From an uncultured Thermotogae bacterium (GTDB lineage Bacteria > Bipolaricaulota > Bipolaricaulia > M55B111), in assembly GCA_964506635.1 (NCBI GenBank), contig CAZDMI010000003.1:1-37632 (forward strand): DNA of 37,632 nucleotides, given 5' to 3'. The first letter of the stretch is position 1. Every line of letters begins with the position of its first letter. Under the pieces are notes generated by a model. The model was not told where the DNA came from. It ran no database searches and worked only from the letters and a program-made list of their open reading frames with translations. The translations under genes were made by a program, and so were the position numbers. This document shows positions 1 through 8,254 of this stretch, piece after piece.

Positions 1-792
1 ACTTCTTTTCTCCACTTTACGGTAGAGATTCCCCTGCCAGATAAAATAGCCAGCCCCGGCCACAATTACTATGCTGATAAGATGGGCCGCCCTGATCGGT
101 CCAATCCAGAGACTACCCGCCCGGTAGAAGCTAATGACCGACCGACCGACCGAATAGAGTAGGAAGTAAAGGGAAAGTATAAAACCCTTCTTGTACCCTC
201 TCCGCCTCAACCGCCACAGTATAACAAATATCAGGAGGTTGAGTACGAATTCGTATAGCATGGTGGGGTGTAGTCTCTGCCCCGGGAATTCCGTCCCCGC
301 TGCAGTATTTTTCGCAAATTCTATCCCCCATGGGGCGTCAGTCGGGTAGCCGTAGGCGTCCCCGTTCATGAAGTTACCCAATCTACCAATTGCCTGCCCG
401 AGAACCAAAGCCGGTGCCAGGGCGTCGGCAAATTCCAGGATATCAACCCCTTTCCAGCGTGAATACAACACGAACCCGATCAAGCCTCCGATCAGACCGC
501 CGTGAATTGCCAGACCGGCCAATCCAAACCTTCCCCCGCCCATCCCAATCAAAGCAAGCGGGTTATCCCTGAAGAAATCCAGGTAAAACAGGGCGTAGTA
601 TAACCTAGCTCCTATAAGGCCAAGTGGAAAAACGAGCAGGATAAAATCAATCAGGTCGTTCAGTTCCAGCTCAAGTTGTTTCCGGCGGGACTCGCTACTG
701 AGCACGGCAAGAACTACCAGCAGGGCAACTGCGTAAGCTATACCGTACCAGCGAACCGTGAGAGGGCCAGCCCGGAAGGCTATTGGGTGCAC
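1..792 (-). CDS. lgt: Prolipoprotein diacylglyceryl transferase, 3' end runs off the window
   Basis: Not in the ORF track because there is no stop inside the window. Manual translation from GTG at 792 gives MHPIAFRAGPLTVRWYGIAYAVAL, and in-frame segments read GQAIGRLGNFMNGDAYGYPT and RLHPTMLYE. These are the Lgt signature motifs. Confidence 0.93.
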   Translation of the reverse strand, partial: MHPIAFRAGPLTVRWYGIAYAVALLVVLAVLSSESRRKQLELELNDLIDFILLVFPLGLIGARLYYALFYLDFFRDNPLALIGMGGGRFGLAGLAIHGGLIGGLIGFVLYSRWKGVDILEFADALAPALVLGQAIGRLGNFMNGDAYGYPTDAPWGIEFAKNTAAGTEFPGQRLHPTMLYEFVLNLLIFVILWRLRRRGYKKGFILSLYFLLYSVGRSVISFYRAGSLWIGPIRAAHLISIVIVAGAGYFIWQGNLYRKVEKRS

Positions 793-2399
793 TAAGGACC
801 ACCAAGCGTTAATATCAATATTTGAAGGATTCCTACGAGAAAACCTATTAGGGCTCCAAACCAGGTTATGGCTCTGAACTGATCGCCAGTTACATCCAGG
901 ACGAGTCGCTCCACCCGGATCATCGGAAAATCGTTAACCTCCTGTTTTACCACCTCTTCCACGTCAACCGTGTTCAAAAGTTCCGAGCCCTGACGGGACA
1001 CGACCTCCAGGAGTTCGTCAACTATCGGTTCGGCAAAAGGAGTTAGTGTGTCCGGATCCACCCAACCCGACAGCCTGCCCATCCTTTTGTTCTTTAACTC
1101 CTCAAGTTTATCCGAGATAACCCGGCTCAATTCGTCCTGTACCTCGTCCGATCCGATCGTTTCAATCAAGTAACTGCTCAGGGATTTAACCATTGCCTTC
1201 TTTTCCTCTTCCTCCCCGAGATCGACTAGCTCATGGAGTCTCTTCCTTTCGGAGCTTTTCAATACTCTCATCAAACCCTGGAAAAAGAGGGACCTGATTT
1301 TCTTACTCCGCAAGATTGCAAGGGAGACGTCAGTAAGTATTCTCGCCACCTTTTTCGTCCCCGTCTCGGAGGAGATCAATTCCGATACGTCTTTTCTCAG
1401 GAACTTTTTTAAAGTTTTGACTCCGGAAGCAGCTGCTTCCTGTCTGAATTTCTCTTTTTCCATCAACTCCATGAGCCTCGGAATCCCTTCGTCAATTATC
1501 TCACTTACTTCCCTGTTCAATCTTTCATGAGGCATGACCACGGTCTCCAGAAATCCCCGTTTGACCTGGTCCCAGACTGAATCCTCATCAAATTCACCCT
1601 CAATCCTTTCATCCAGGAAGTCCACCACGACTTCTTTCAACCTGGAACGTAACCTCGGGCGATCAAGCAATTCCGCGCCCCGGCGGAGGAGGAACGGAAC
1701 GTTGGCTTCAACCTGGCGAATCAGCAAGCCTTCCAATTCCTCTCCGAGATAATCCTCTAAGCTCCCTCCCTCTTCGCTAATATCCCTTATCTTTTCAACC
1801 CAGAATTCCTCCAGCAAATCTTCGACTTCTTCTCGTTCGGTAAGTTCGGACGCTACGTCCTCTAGTTTTATGGCAATCTCCTCGTATGAGGTTTGATCGA
1901 CAAGCTCGCCTATTTCCTTGTTCGAAAGGGTATCAACACCACTTTCCACGAGACCCTGCAGGAACTTCTCCATTTCCTTTCCCGTGGTTATATCAGCAAG
2001 CCAGCCCTCTATTCGTCCCTTAAGTTCATCAAAAACATCTTCCAGTTCGGACCTGTGTCCTTCCGGCACGGTCTCCATTACCGAACCTCTATCTTCTTCC
2101 AGAAAATCTATCATCCAGTTTTCCAGGGTCTTTTCCAGCTGGTCCCTGACGGCGGGTTGCCGTAACCTCTCTTTAATTGCTTCAGGAGTCAATAGATGCT
2201 TACCTACTGCCTGACCGATGTTCTCGGCTATCTCATTACGCCTTTTTGGTATCAAGCCTGGGGTAAACGGCACCCTGATACCAAAAATTCTTTTTTCCTC
2301 AAGCGGTCGAAAGAGCATTCTTATGGCGATCCAGTTAGTTGAATAACCGATCAAGCTCGCCACTATCGGCAAGAGAAAAAGGTCATAGCTAAATGACAT
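792..2399 (-). CDS. DUF445 (YheB-like) membrane protein, 535 aa
   Basis: N-terminal IGYSTNWIAIRMLFRP...PFTPGLIPKRRNEIAENIG and C-terminal ITWFGALIGFLVG helix, with a long acidic helical middle. Confidence 0.85.
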   Translation of the reverse strand: MSFSYDLFLLPIVASLIGYSTNWIAIRMLFRPLEEKRIFGIRVPFTPGLIPKRRNEIAENIGQAVGKHLLTPEAIKERLRQPAVRDQLEKTLENWMIDFLEEDRGSVMETVPEGHRSELEDVFDELKGRIEGWLADITTGKEMEKFLQGLVESGVDTLSNKEIGELVDQTSYEEIAIKLEDVASELTEREEVEDLLEEFWVEKIRDISEEGGSLEDYLGEELEGLLIRQVEANVPFLLRRGAELLDRPRLRSRLKEVVVDFLDERIEGEFDEDSVWDQVKRGFLETVVMPHERLNREVSEIIDEGIPRLMELMEKEKFRQEAAASGVKTLKKFLRKDVSELISSETGTKKVARILTDVSLAILRSKKIRSLFFQGLMRVLKSSERKRLHELVDLGEEEEKKAMVKSLSSYLIETIGSDEVQDELSRVISDKLEELKNKRMGRLSGWVDPDTLTPFAEPIVDELLEVVSRQGSELLNTVDVEEVVKQEVNDFPMIRVERLVLDVTGDQFRAITWFGALIGFLVGILQILILTLGGP

Positions 2400-2503
2400 G
2401 TTTGCCCCAACTAAAAATTATATCCGCTTTTATTCCGTGACTCGCCAAAAAAATACCCAATAGTTCTCTTTTTTACCAAATAAGTCAAGAACTTACAAAC
2501 GGT

Positions 2504-2535
2504 AACACTAACTTGATATTCTACTTAGGAGGTAA
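2504..2535 (+). promoter_or_regulatory. Motif AACACTAA-N9-CTACTTA followed by GGAGG, copy 1 (upstream of the ligase-GNAT gene)
   Basis: 19 of 24 nt identical, without gaps, to 5498-5521 upstream of acs. Confidence 0.4.
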
Positions 2536-2584
2536 CTAAAGTTTAAATTGATGGCACAGGTTATACAACGATCATTTCGGGTTT

Positions 2585-2619
2585 GCTAAAGTAGTTCGGG
2601 ATCGTTAAAATACTTTAGC
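2585..2619. promoter_or_regulatory. Inverted repeat GCTAAAGTA-N17-TACTTTAGC, candidate operator or hairpin
   Basis: Perfect 9-bp arms at 2585-2593 and 2611-2619 in the divergent intergenic region. Confidence 0.35.
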
Positions 2620-2719
2620 CATGATTAGTTTTTTACTGTTTTTGTTCGTATTTTTACGCTTCCATTGATAAAATAATTTCTTATAAAAATCTTGACCATG
2701 TTTCCCAGGAGGTCTCAAC

Positions 2720-5398
2720 ATGCCAGCCAAAAAATTGGATAACATTTTCAAACCGGAGTCGCTGGCCGTAATCGGGGCAAGCGAGAAGGAAGGCTCCGTC
2801 GGCGCGACTCTGATGCAAAATATAGTCGAGGGGTTCGAAGGGGATATCTATCCCGTTAACATCGATCGCGAAGAGGTAATGGGAATTGAGGCGTTTTCCA
2901 GCGTAAGTGATATTGACGGTGATGTAGATCTCGCCGTAATAGCGACGCCCGCCAAGACAGTTCCTGGGTTAGTCGAGGAATGCGGGGAAGCCGGTATAGA
3001 TTCCAGCATAGTGATCTCCGCCGGATTTAGCGAGACCGGAAAAGAAGGAACGGAGCTGGAAAAAGAACTCGAGAAAAGCAGAAAAAAATACGACATGAGG
3101 ATACTGGGGCCAAATTGCCTCGGGACGATCAGACCCGGTGCCGACCTCAACCTAACCTTCCTCCGCAAGGACGCCGCTGCTGGCAAGGTAGCTTTCCTGT
3201 CTCAGAGCGGAGCCATGGGTTCGGCGATTTTGGACTGGTCCACCAGGGCCAAAGTCGGCTTCAGCGCTTTCGTCTCAGTTGGTAACATGATGGATATCGA
3301 CTTCGGCGACCTTATAGACTACTTCGGTCAGGACCCGAAGACCGATAGCATAATCATGTACATGGAAACGGTTAAGGACGCGGAGAAATTTATGAGCGCT
3401 GCTCGAGGTTTTGCTCGAACTAAACCAATTCTGGTGATCAAAGCAGGAAAATACTCTAAAAGCGCCGAAGCAGTTGCCTCGCATACTGGTTCCCTCGCTG
3501 GCGAGGATCAAATTTATGACGCAGCCTTCAAGCGAGTAGGGGTAACCAGGGTTTCCGACGTCGACGATCTGTTCAGCAGTTCCGAAACACTGAGTAAACA
3601 GAACCTGCCGGACGGGCCAAAAATGGCTATAGTGACTAATGCAGGTGGCCCGGGTATCATGACCACCGACGCCATACTTGACACCGGAGGGGAACTGGCC
3701 GATCTCTCAACAAAAACCGAAGAGGAGCTTACTGACTTCCTTCCCGATCAGGCAAGCGTGAAAAATCCCGTGGACGTCCTCGGAGATGCTGATACCGCCC
3801 GCTACGAAGGCTCTATTGCGGCCTGCGTGGAGGACGAAGACGTGGACGGAGTGATAGTAATCTATGCCCCGCAGGGAAAGGCTTCAGCAAAGGATGCGGC
3901 AAAAGCTGTTGCAAACGTTTCCGAAGAGACGGATAAACCCATAGTAACGTCCTTCATGGGTGCGGGAGAAGTCGATGAGGGACGAAAAATTCTTAGAGAG
4001 GAAAACGTTCCTACCAGGCCGACGCCGGAACAGGCGATAAGCGCCTTCATGTATATGCATCGTTACGCTCGTAACCTGGAATTACTTTACGAGACGCCGG
4101 AAGAGCTTCCAGTAAATAACCAGCCACCCCACCACCACCTGAAAGCCATGGTCAGGAAGGTCTTACGGTCCGACCGTACCACCCTGACAGAAATCGAGTC
4201 GAAGAAGTTCCTGGATACCTACGGTATACCGGTTTCAACAACCAAGGTAGCCGAATCAGCCTCTCAGGCAGCCAACCTAGCTTACGAGATAGGATACCCG
4301 GTTGCGCTCAAGATTCATTCTCACGACATAACCCACAAGACTGACGTCGGTGGAGTAGAACTCAACCTTCAAAATAAAGACGAAGTAGAAGAGGCTTACA
4401 AAAATATCGTTTCAAGCGCCAAGAGCCATAAACCTTCAGCGGACATAATCGGTGTATCCGTTCAAAAAATGGTTTCGGACGTGGATTACGAGCTAATTCT
4501 GGGCTCAAAGAAGGACCCATTGTTTGGCGCTTCGATACTCTTTGGCCGCGGTGGAACCGGTGTGGAGCTTTACAAAGATACGGCAGCCGGTTTTCCCCCG
4601 CTCAACCAGGTTCTCGCTCATAGGTTGATGGAGGAGACCAAAGTTTATCAGCTTTTAAAAGGCTACCGCGGCAGCGAGGGCGCTGACATAAGGCAACTAG
4701 AAAAGCATTTAATCCGTTTTTCACAGTTGATTATCGACTTTCCCGAAATCAAGGAAATAGACATAAACCCTCTAGCCGTTATTAACGGCTCGTTTAAAGC
4801 ACTGGATGCCCGGATAATCCTCGACGAAGAATACAGGGACAAAAAGGTCGAGGAGTCACACGAGCACCTGGCAATTGAACCGTACCCGCGGAAGTACGTG
4901 GAGGACTGGCGAATGGATGACGGTAGAAGCGTCACGCTGAGACCGATCAAACCCGAGGATGAGCCGCTCGAATTCGAGCTTTTCGACTCTTTCTCAGAAA
5001 AAACCTGGCGTCAGCGTTTCTTCGGGCCGCGGACGGAGATCACTCACGAGGAAATGACTCGCTACACCAACATAGACTATCGAAGAGAAATGGCAATAAT
5101 TGGCTTATTAGAAGAAAACGGCGAGGAAAAGATGATCGGTGTCGGTCGATTGATAATTGGGCCGAACCAGGATACCGGAGAGTACGCCGTGGTAGTTGGT
5201 GACCCCTGGCAGAGAATCGGGCTTGGAGAAAAGTTGACCGACTCGATCATTGGCGTTGCTGAGGACAAAAATCTGGAGAGTATTTACGCAACCATACTGA
5301 AAAACAACAAACCCATGTTGCAACTTTCCCGGAAAATGGGGTTCGAAGAAGTAGATAGGGATTCGGACACGGTAAAGATGGAAATGAGGTTAAGGTAG
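2720..5398 (+). CDS. Acetate--CoA ligase (ADP-forming) alpha/beta fusion with C-terminal GNAT domain (Pat/Pka-type protein lysine acetyltransferase architecture)
   Basis: CoA-binding AVIGAS, GPNCLG, SQSGA, SHTGSLAG, NPVDVLGD; ATP-grasp HKTDVGGV; GNAT EYAVVVGDPWQRIGLG; RBS AGGAGGT. Confidence 0.92.
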   Translation: MPAKKLDNIFKPESLAVIGASEKEGSVGATLMQNIVEGFEGDIYPVNIDREEVMGIEAFSSVSDIDGDVDLAVIATPAKTVPGLVEECGEAGIDSSIVISAGFSETGKEGTELEKELEKSRKKYDMRILGPNCLGTIRPGADLNLTFLRKDAAAGKVAFLSQSGAMGSAILDWSTRAKVGFSAFVSVGNMMDIDFGDLIDYFGQDPKTDSIIMYMETVKDAEKFMSAARGFARTKPILVIKAGKYSKSAEAVASHTGSLAGEDQIYDAAFKRVGVTRVSDVDDLFSSSETLSKQNLPDGPKMAIVTNAGGPGIMTTDAILDTGGELADLSTKTEEELTDFLPDQASVKNPVDVLGDADTARYEGSIAACVEDEDVDGVIVIYAPQGKASAKDAAKAVANVSEETDKPIVTSFMGAGEVDEGRKILREENVPTRPTPEQAISAFMYMHRYARNLELLYETPEELPVNNQPPHHHLKAMVRKVLRSDRTTLTEIESKKFLDTYGIPVSTTKVAESASQAANLAYEIGYPVALKIHSHDITHKTDVGGVELNLQNKDEVEEAYKNIVSSAKSHKPSADIIGVSVQKMVSDVDYELILGSKKDPLFGASILFGRGGTGVELYKDTAAGFPPLNQVLAHRLMEETKVYQLLKGYRGSEGADIRQLEKHLIRFSQLIIDFPEIKEIDINPLAVINGSFKALDARIILDEEYRDKKVEESHEHLAIEPYPRKYVEDWRMDDGRSVTLRPIKPEDEPLEFELFDSFSEKTWRQRFFGPRTEITHEEMTRYTNIDYRREMAIIGLLEENGEEKMIGVGRLIIGPNQDTGEYAVVVGDPWQRIGLGEKLTDSIIGVAEDKNLESIYATILKNNKPMLQLSRKMGFEEVDRDSDTVKMEMRLR

Positions 5399-5497
5399 TT
5401 AACCAGATTTAAAAAAGTCCGGTACGCCTAATGACAGATGTTAATAAATTTGCAGGGTAGAGTGGGGTAGGTTAATATAAAAAACAGCATCCCCAGC

Positions 5498-5533
5498 AAC
5501 ACTAATCTAATCTACTACTTAACAGGAGGGTAA
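5498..5533 (+). promoter_or_regulatory. Motif AACACTAA-N9-CTACTTA plus RBS, copy 2 (acs leader)
   Basis: Matches 2504-2527 and directly precedes the AGGAGG RBS and the TTG start of acs. Confidence 0.4.
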
Positions 5534-5536
5534 AAA

Positions 5537-7495
5537 TTGACTGAACCGAAACAATGGGTCAAGGAAGATCCTGACAGAGAGGACGTATTTTGGCCCACGG
5601 AAGAAATGAAGGACAAGGCATGGGTCTCTGATGAATCAATTTACGAAGAGGCTCTCGACGATCCACAGGAATTCTGGGCAAAACACGCGGAAGAAGGAAT
5701 TGACTGGTACGAAAAATGGGACGAGACGTACACCGAAGAACCGTATAACTACGAATGGTTCGAAGGTGGAAAACTTAATCTCGCTTATAACGCAGTTGAC
5801 AGGCACGTTGAAAACGGGAATGGCGATAAAAACGCCATAATCTGGGAACCCGAGCCAACTGACGAAGAAACGGTCCGAATGACTTATTCGGAATTACAGA
5901 CCGAGGTTTCCAAATTTGCAAACGTGCTGGAAGGCTTTGGCGTAGAAAAGGGCGATAGAGTCGGCATATACATGCCGATGATCCCGGAAGCTCTCATTGC
6001 AATGCTGGCCACGGCCAGGGTTGGCGCGGCACACAGTGTAGTATTTTCCGCCTTTAGCCCTGATTCCCTCAAGGATCGGCTTGAAGACGCCGATGCAAAA
6101 GTGCTCGTAACGGCTGACGGTTACTATCGCAGGGGCAAACCGTTAAATCTCAAGAAAAACGCTGATAAAGGTCTCGAAGGTTCTCCAGTCGAAGACGTCG
6201 TTACCGTAAAGCGGACCGACGCTGACGTAAACATGGAAAACGGCCGCGACCACTGGTACCACGATTTGATGGATGGCGCAGATGACCAGCACGAACCTGC
6301 CGTCATGAAAAGCAGCGATCTTGCATTCATCCTGTATACCAGTGGTACAACGGGCAAGCCCAAAGGGGTCATGCACCACGTGGGCGGTTACGCAGTTCAG
6401 GCCTACCTCACTGCGAAATGGAATTTCGACCTCCACGAGGACGACATATTCTGGTGTACGGCTGACGTCGGTTGGATTACGGGTCATACCTACATAAATT
6501 ACGGTCCGCTCCTCAATGGAGTAACAACGGTGGTTTACGAGGGCGCACCGGACTATCCTGAATACGACAGGTTATGGCAGATAGTTGAAGACGAAGGTGT
6601 AACCGGCTTCTACACGGCCCCAACTGCAATAAGGATGTTTATCAAACAGGGCACAAAGTGGCCGGAAAAGCACGATCTATCTAGCCTTAGAGTCCTCGGT
6701 ACTGTCGGGGAACCAATCAACAAGGACGCATGGCTCTGGTACTTCGAGAATATCGGAGGCGGAAGAACTCCCGTCGTCGATACCTGGTGGCAAACAGAGA
6801 CGGGTGCGAACGTAATAAACGCCCTACCGGGCATAGGACCCTTTATTCCAACTTACGCGGGTAAACCGTTCCCGGGTATAAATGCCAGCCTGCTTGACAC
6901 GGAAGGTAACACAGTTGGAACGGATGAAGGTGGCTATTTAACTCTGGAACCTCCATTCCCTCCCAGCCTTATTCGAGGAGTTTACAAAAGACCCGAAAAG
7001 TTCAAGGAAGAATACTGGAGCGAATACGGTCCGGACTACTACTTCACCAGTGACGGTGCCAGAAAGGACGAGAACGACAATATAAGGATTACCGGAAGAC
7101 TGGATGACGTGATGAACGTAGCTGGCCACAGACTGGCAACCGGCGAAGTTGAAAACGCGCTTGGTAAACACGAAGCCGTAGCCGAACCTGCCGTAGTATC
7201 TCGCCCTGACGATGTAAAGGGCGAAGTTCCAGTGGCTTTCGTTATGCTGGAAAAAGACGCGGACATGGACTCCGAAACACTGCAGGAGGAACTTATCCAG
7301 CTGGTAGACGATACCATCGGTCCGACAGCCAGACCCGCCGACATCGTAATCGCGGACGAAGTACCGAAGACGAGATCCGGCAAGATCATGCGCAGGATTC
7401 TCAAGAGCCTGGTTAGAGGCGAGGACGTCGGTGACCTAACTACGCTAAGGAACCCCGGAGTTGTCGACGATCTTCAGGAGAAGCTTAGCGAATAA
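5537..7495 (+). CDS. acs: Acetyl-CoA synthetase (AMP-forming)
   Basis: [32 protein letters not shown] and the acetylation motif [11 protein letters not shown] (Lys616). Confidence 0.97.
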   Translation: MTEPKQWVKEDPDREDVFWPTEEMKDKAWVSDESIYEEALDDPQEFWAKHAEEGIDWYEKWDETYTEEPYNYEWFEGGKLNLAYNAVDRHVENGNGDKNAIIWEPEPTDEETVRMTYSELQTEVSKFANVLEGFGVEKGDRVGIYMPMIPEALIAMLATARVGAAHSVVFSAFSPDSLKDRLEDADAKVLVTADGYYRRGKPLNLKKNADKGLEGSPVEDVVTVKRTDADVNMENGRDHWYHDLMDGADDQHEPAVMKSSDLAFILYTSGTTGKPKGVMHHVGGYAVQAYLTAKWNFDLHEDDIFWCTADVGWITGHTYINYGPLLNGVTTVVYEGAPDYPEYDRLWQIVEDEGVTGFYTAPTAIRMFIKQGTKWPEKHDLSSLRVLGTVGEPINKDAWLWYFENIGGGRTPVVDTWWQTETGANVINALPGIGPFIPTYAGKPFPGINASLLDTEGNTVGTDEGGYLTLEPPFPPSLIRGVYKRPEKFKEEYWSEYGPDYYFTSDGARKDENDNIRITGRLDDVMNVAGHRLATGEVENALGKHEAVAEPAVVSRPDDVKGEVPVAFVMLEKDADMDSETLQEELIQLVDDTIGPTARPADIVIADEVPKTRSGKIMRRILKSLVRGEDVGDLTTLRNPGVVDDLQEKLSE

Positions 7496-7532
7496 AACTC
7501 TATCTAATTTCCTATAATCGGAGTGATTAAAC

Positions 7533-8099
7533 TTGGAGATCAACGACGACGTCGCCAATCCGGCTCCTTTGGGCCTGGGAGGCTTCGCGTTATCGACTTT
7601 CATACTTAATCTTGTCAATTCCGGTCTGGTTGAAAGCGGATCAATCGGCATAGTAATGCCAATGGCACTTGCCTACGGTGGGCTTGCTCAGTTACTTGCC
7701 GGTATGTGGGAGTTTAGGCGTAACAACGTTTTTGGTGCCACGGCGTTTTCCTCGTTTGGAGCATTCTGGATCGGGCTCGCTTCGTTTGACATCCTCTCCT
7801 GGGCTGGAATAATAACCGATGTTCCCAAGGAAGGCCTTGCGATTGCCCTAATCGCGTGGGGTATATTTACGTTTTACGCGACAATAGCTTCACTTAAGGA
7901 ACCAAGGGCAATTACCTGGATATTCATAACCTTAACGATCCTCTTCTTCCTGCTTGCCTGGGGAGAATTCAACTCGACCATAGGCACCATAGCTGGTTAC
8001 GAGGGACTTTTATGTGCTCTGATAGCCTGGTACTCCTCTGCCGGCGTACTGATAAACTCGATGTTCGGTCGTACGGTTCTCCCACTGGGAGAGCGCTAA
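7533..8099 (+). CDS. satP: Acetate uptake transporter (GPR1/FUN34/YaaH-SatP family)
   Basis: ANPAPLGLGGF signature, YGGLAQLLAGMWE, FGATAFSSFGAFW; about 6 TM helices; follows acs. Confidence 0.92.
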   Translation: MEINDDVANPAPLGLGGFALSTFILNLVNSGLVESGSIGIVMPMALAYGGLAQLLAGMWEFRRNNVFGATAFSSFGAFWIGLASFDILSWAGIITDVPKEGLAIALIAWGIFTFYATIASLKEPRAITWIFITLTILFFLLAWGEFNSTIGTIAGYEGLLCALIAWYSSAGVLINSMFGRTVLPLGER

Positions 8100-8132
8100 G
8101 AAGCTTTATTTTTCGGAGATAGATAGTCGACG

Positions 8133-8178
8133 ACGGCCATGAGTTCCAGGTTAGAACTCATGGCCGTTTCTTGATTTT
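8133..8178 (+). terminator. Intrinsic terminator of the acetate module
   Basis: 14-bp stem ACGGCCATGAGTTC/GAACTCATGGCCGT, 7-nt loop, T-rich tail. Confidence 0.8.
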
Positions 8179-8254
8179 ACCGAACCGCCTGAGCCATAAT
8201 TTGTGTGACGGTAGATTATAATTTTTCTCAAGGAAACCATTTGGATGGTAAAAA

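Noticed and set aside
131-572. Tracked ORFs 131-331 (-) and 390-572 (+)
   Set aside because: They lie within the lgt frame (1-792), which carries clear family motifs.
5438-5455. Rex-like site ATGTTAA-TAAA-TTTGCAG upstream of acs
   Set aside because: Only about 10 of 14 positions match TTGTTAA-N4-TTAACAA in AT-rich DNA; too weak without a profile search.
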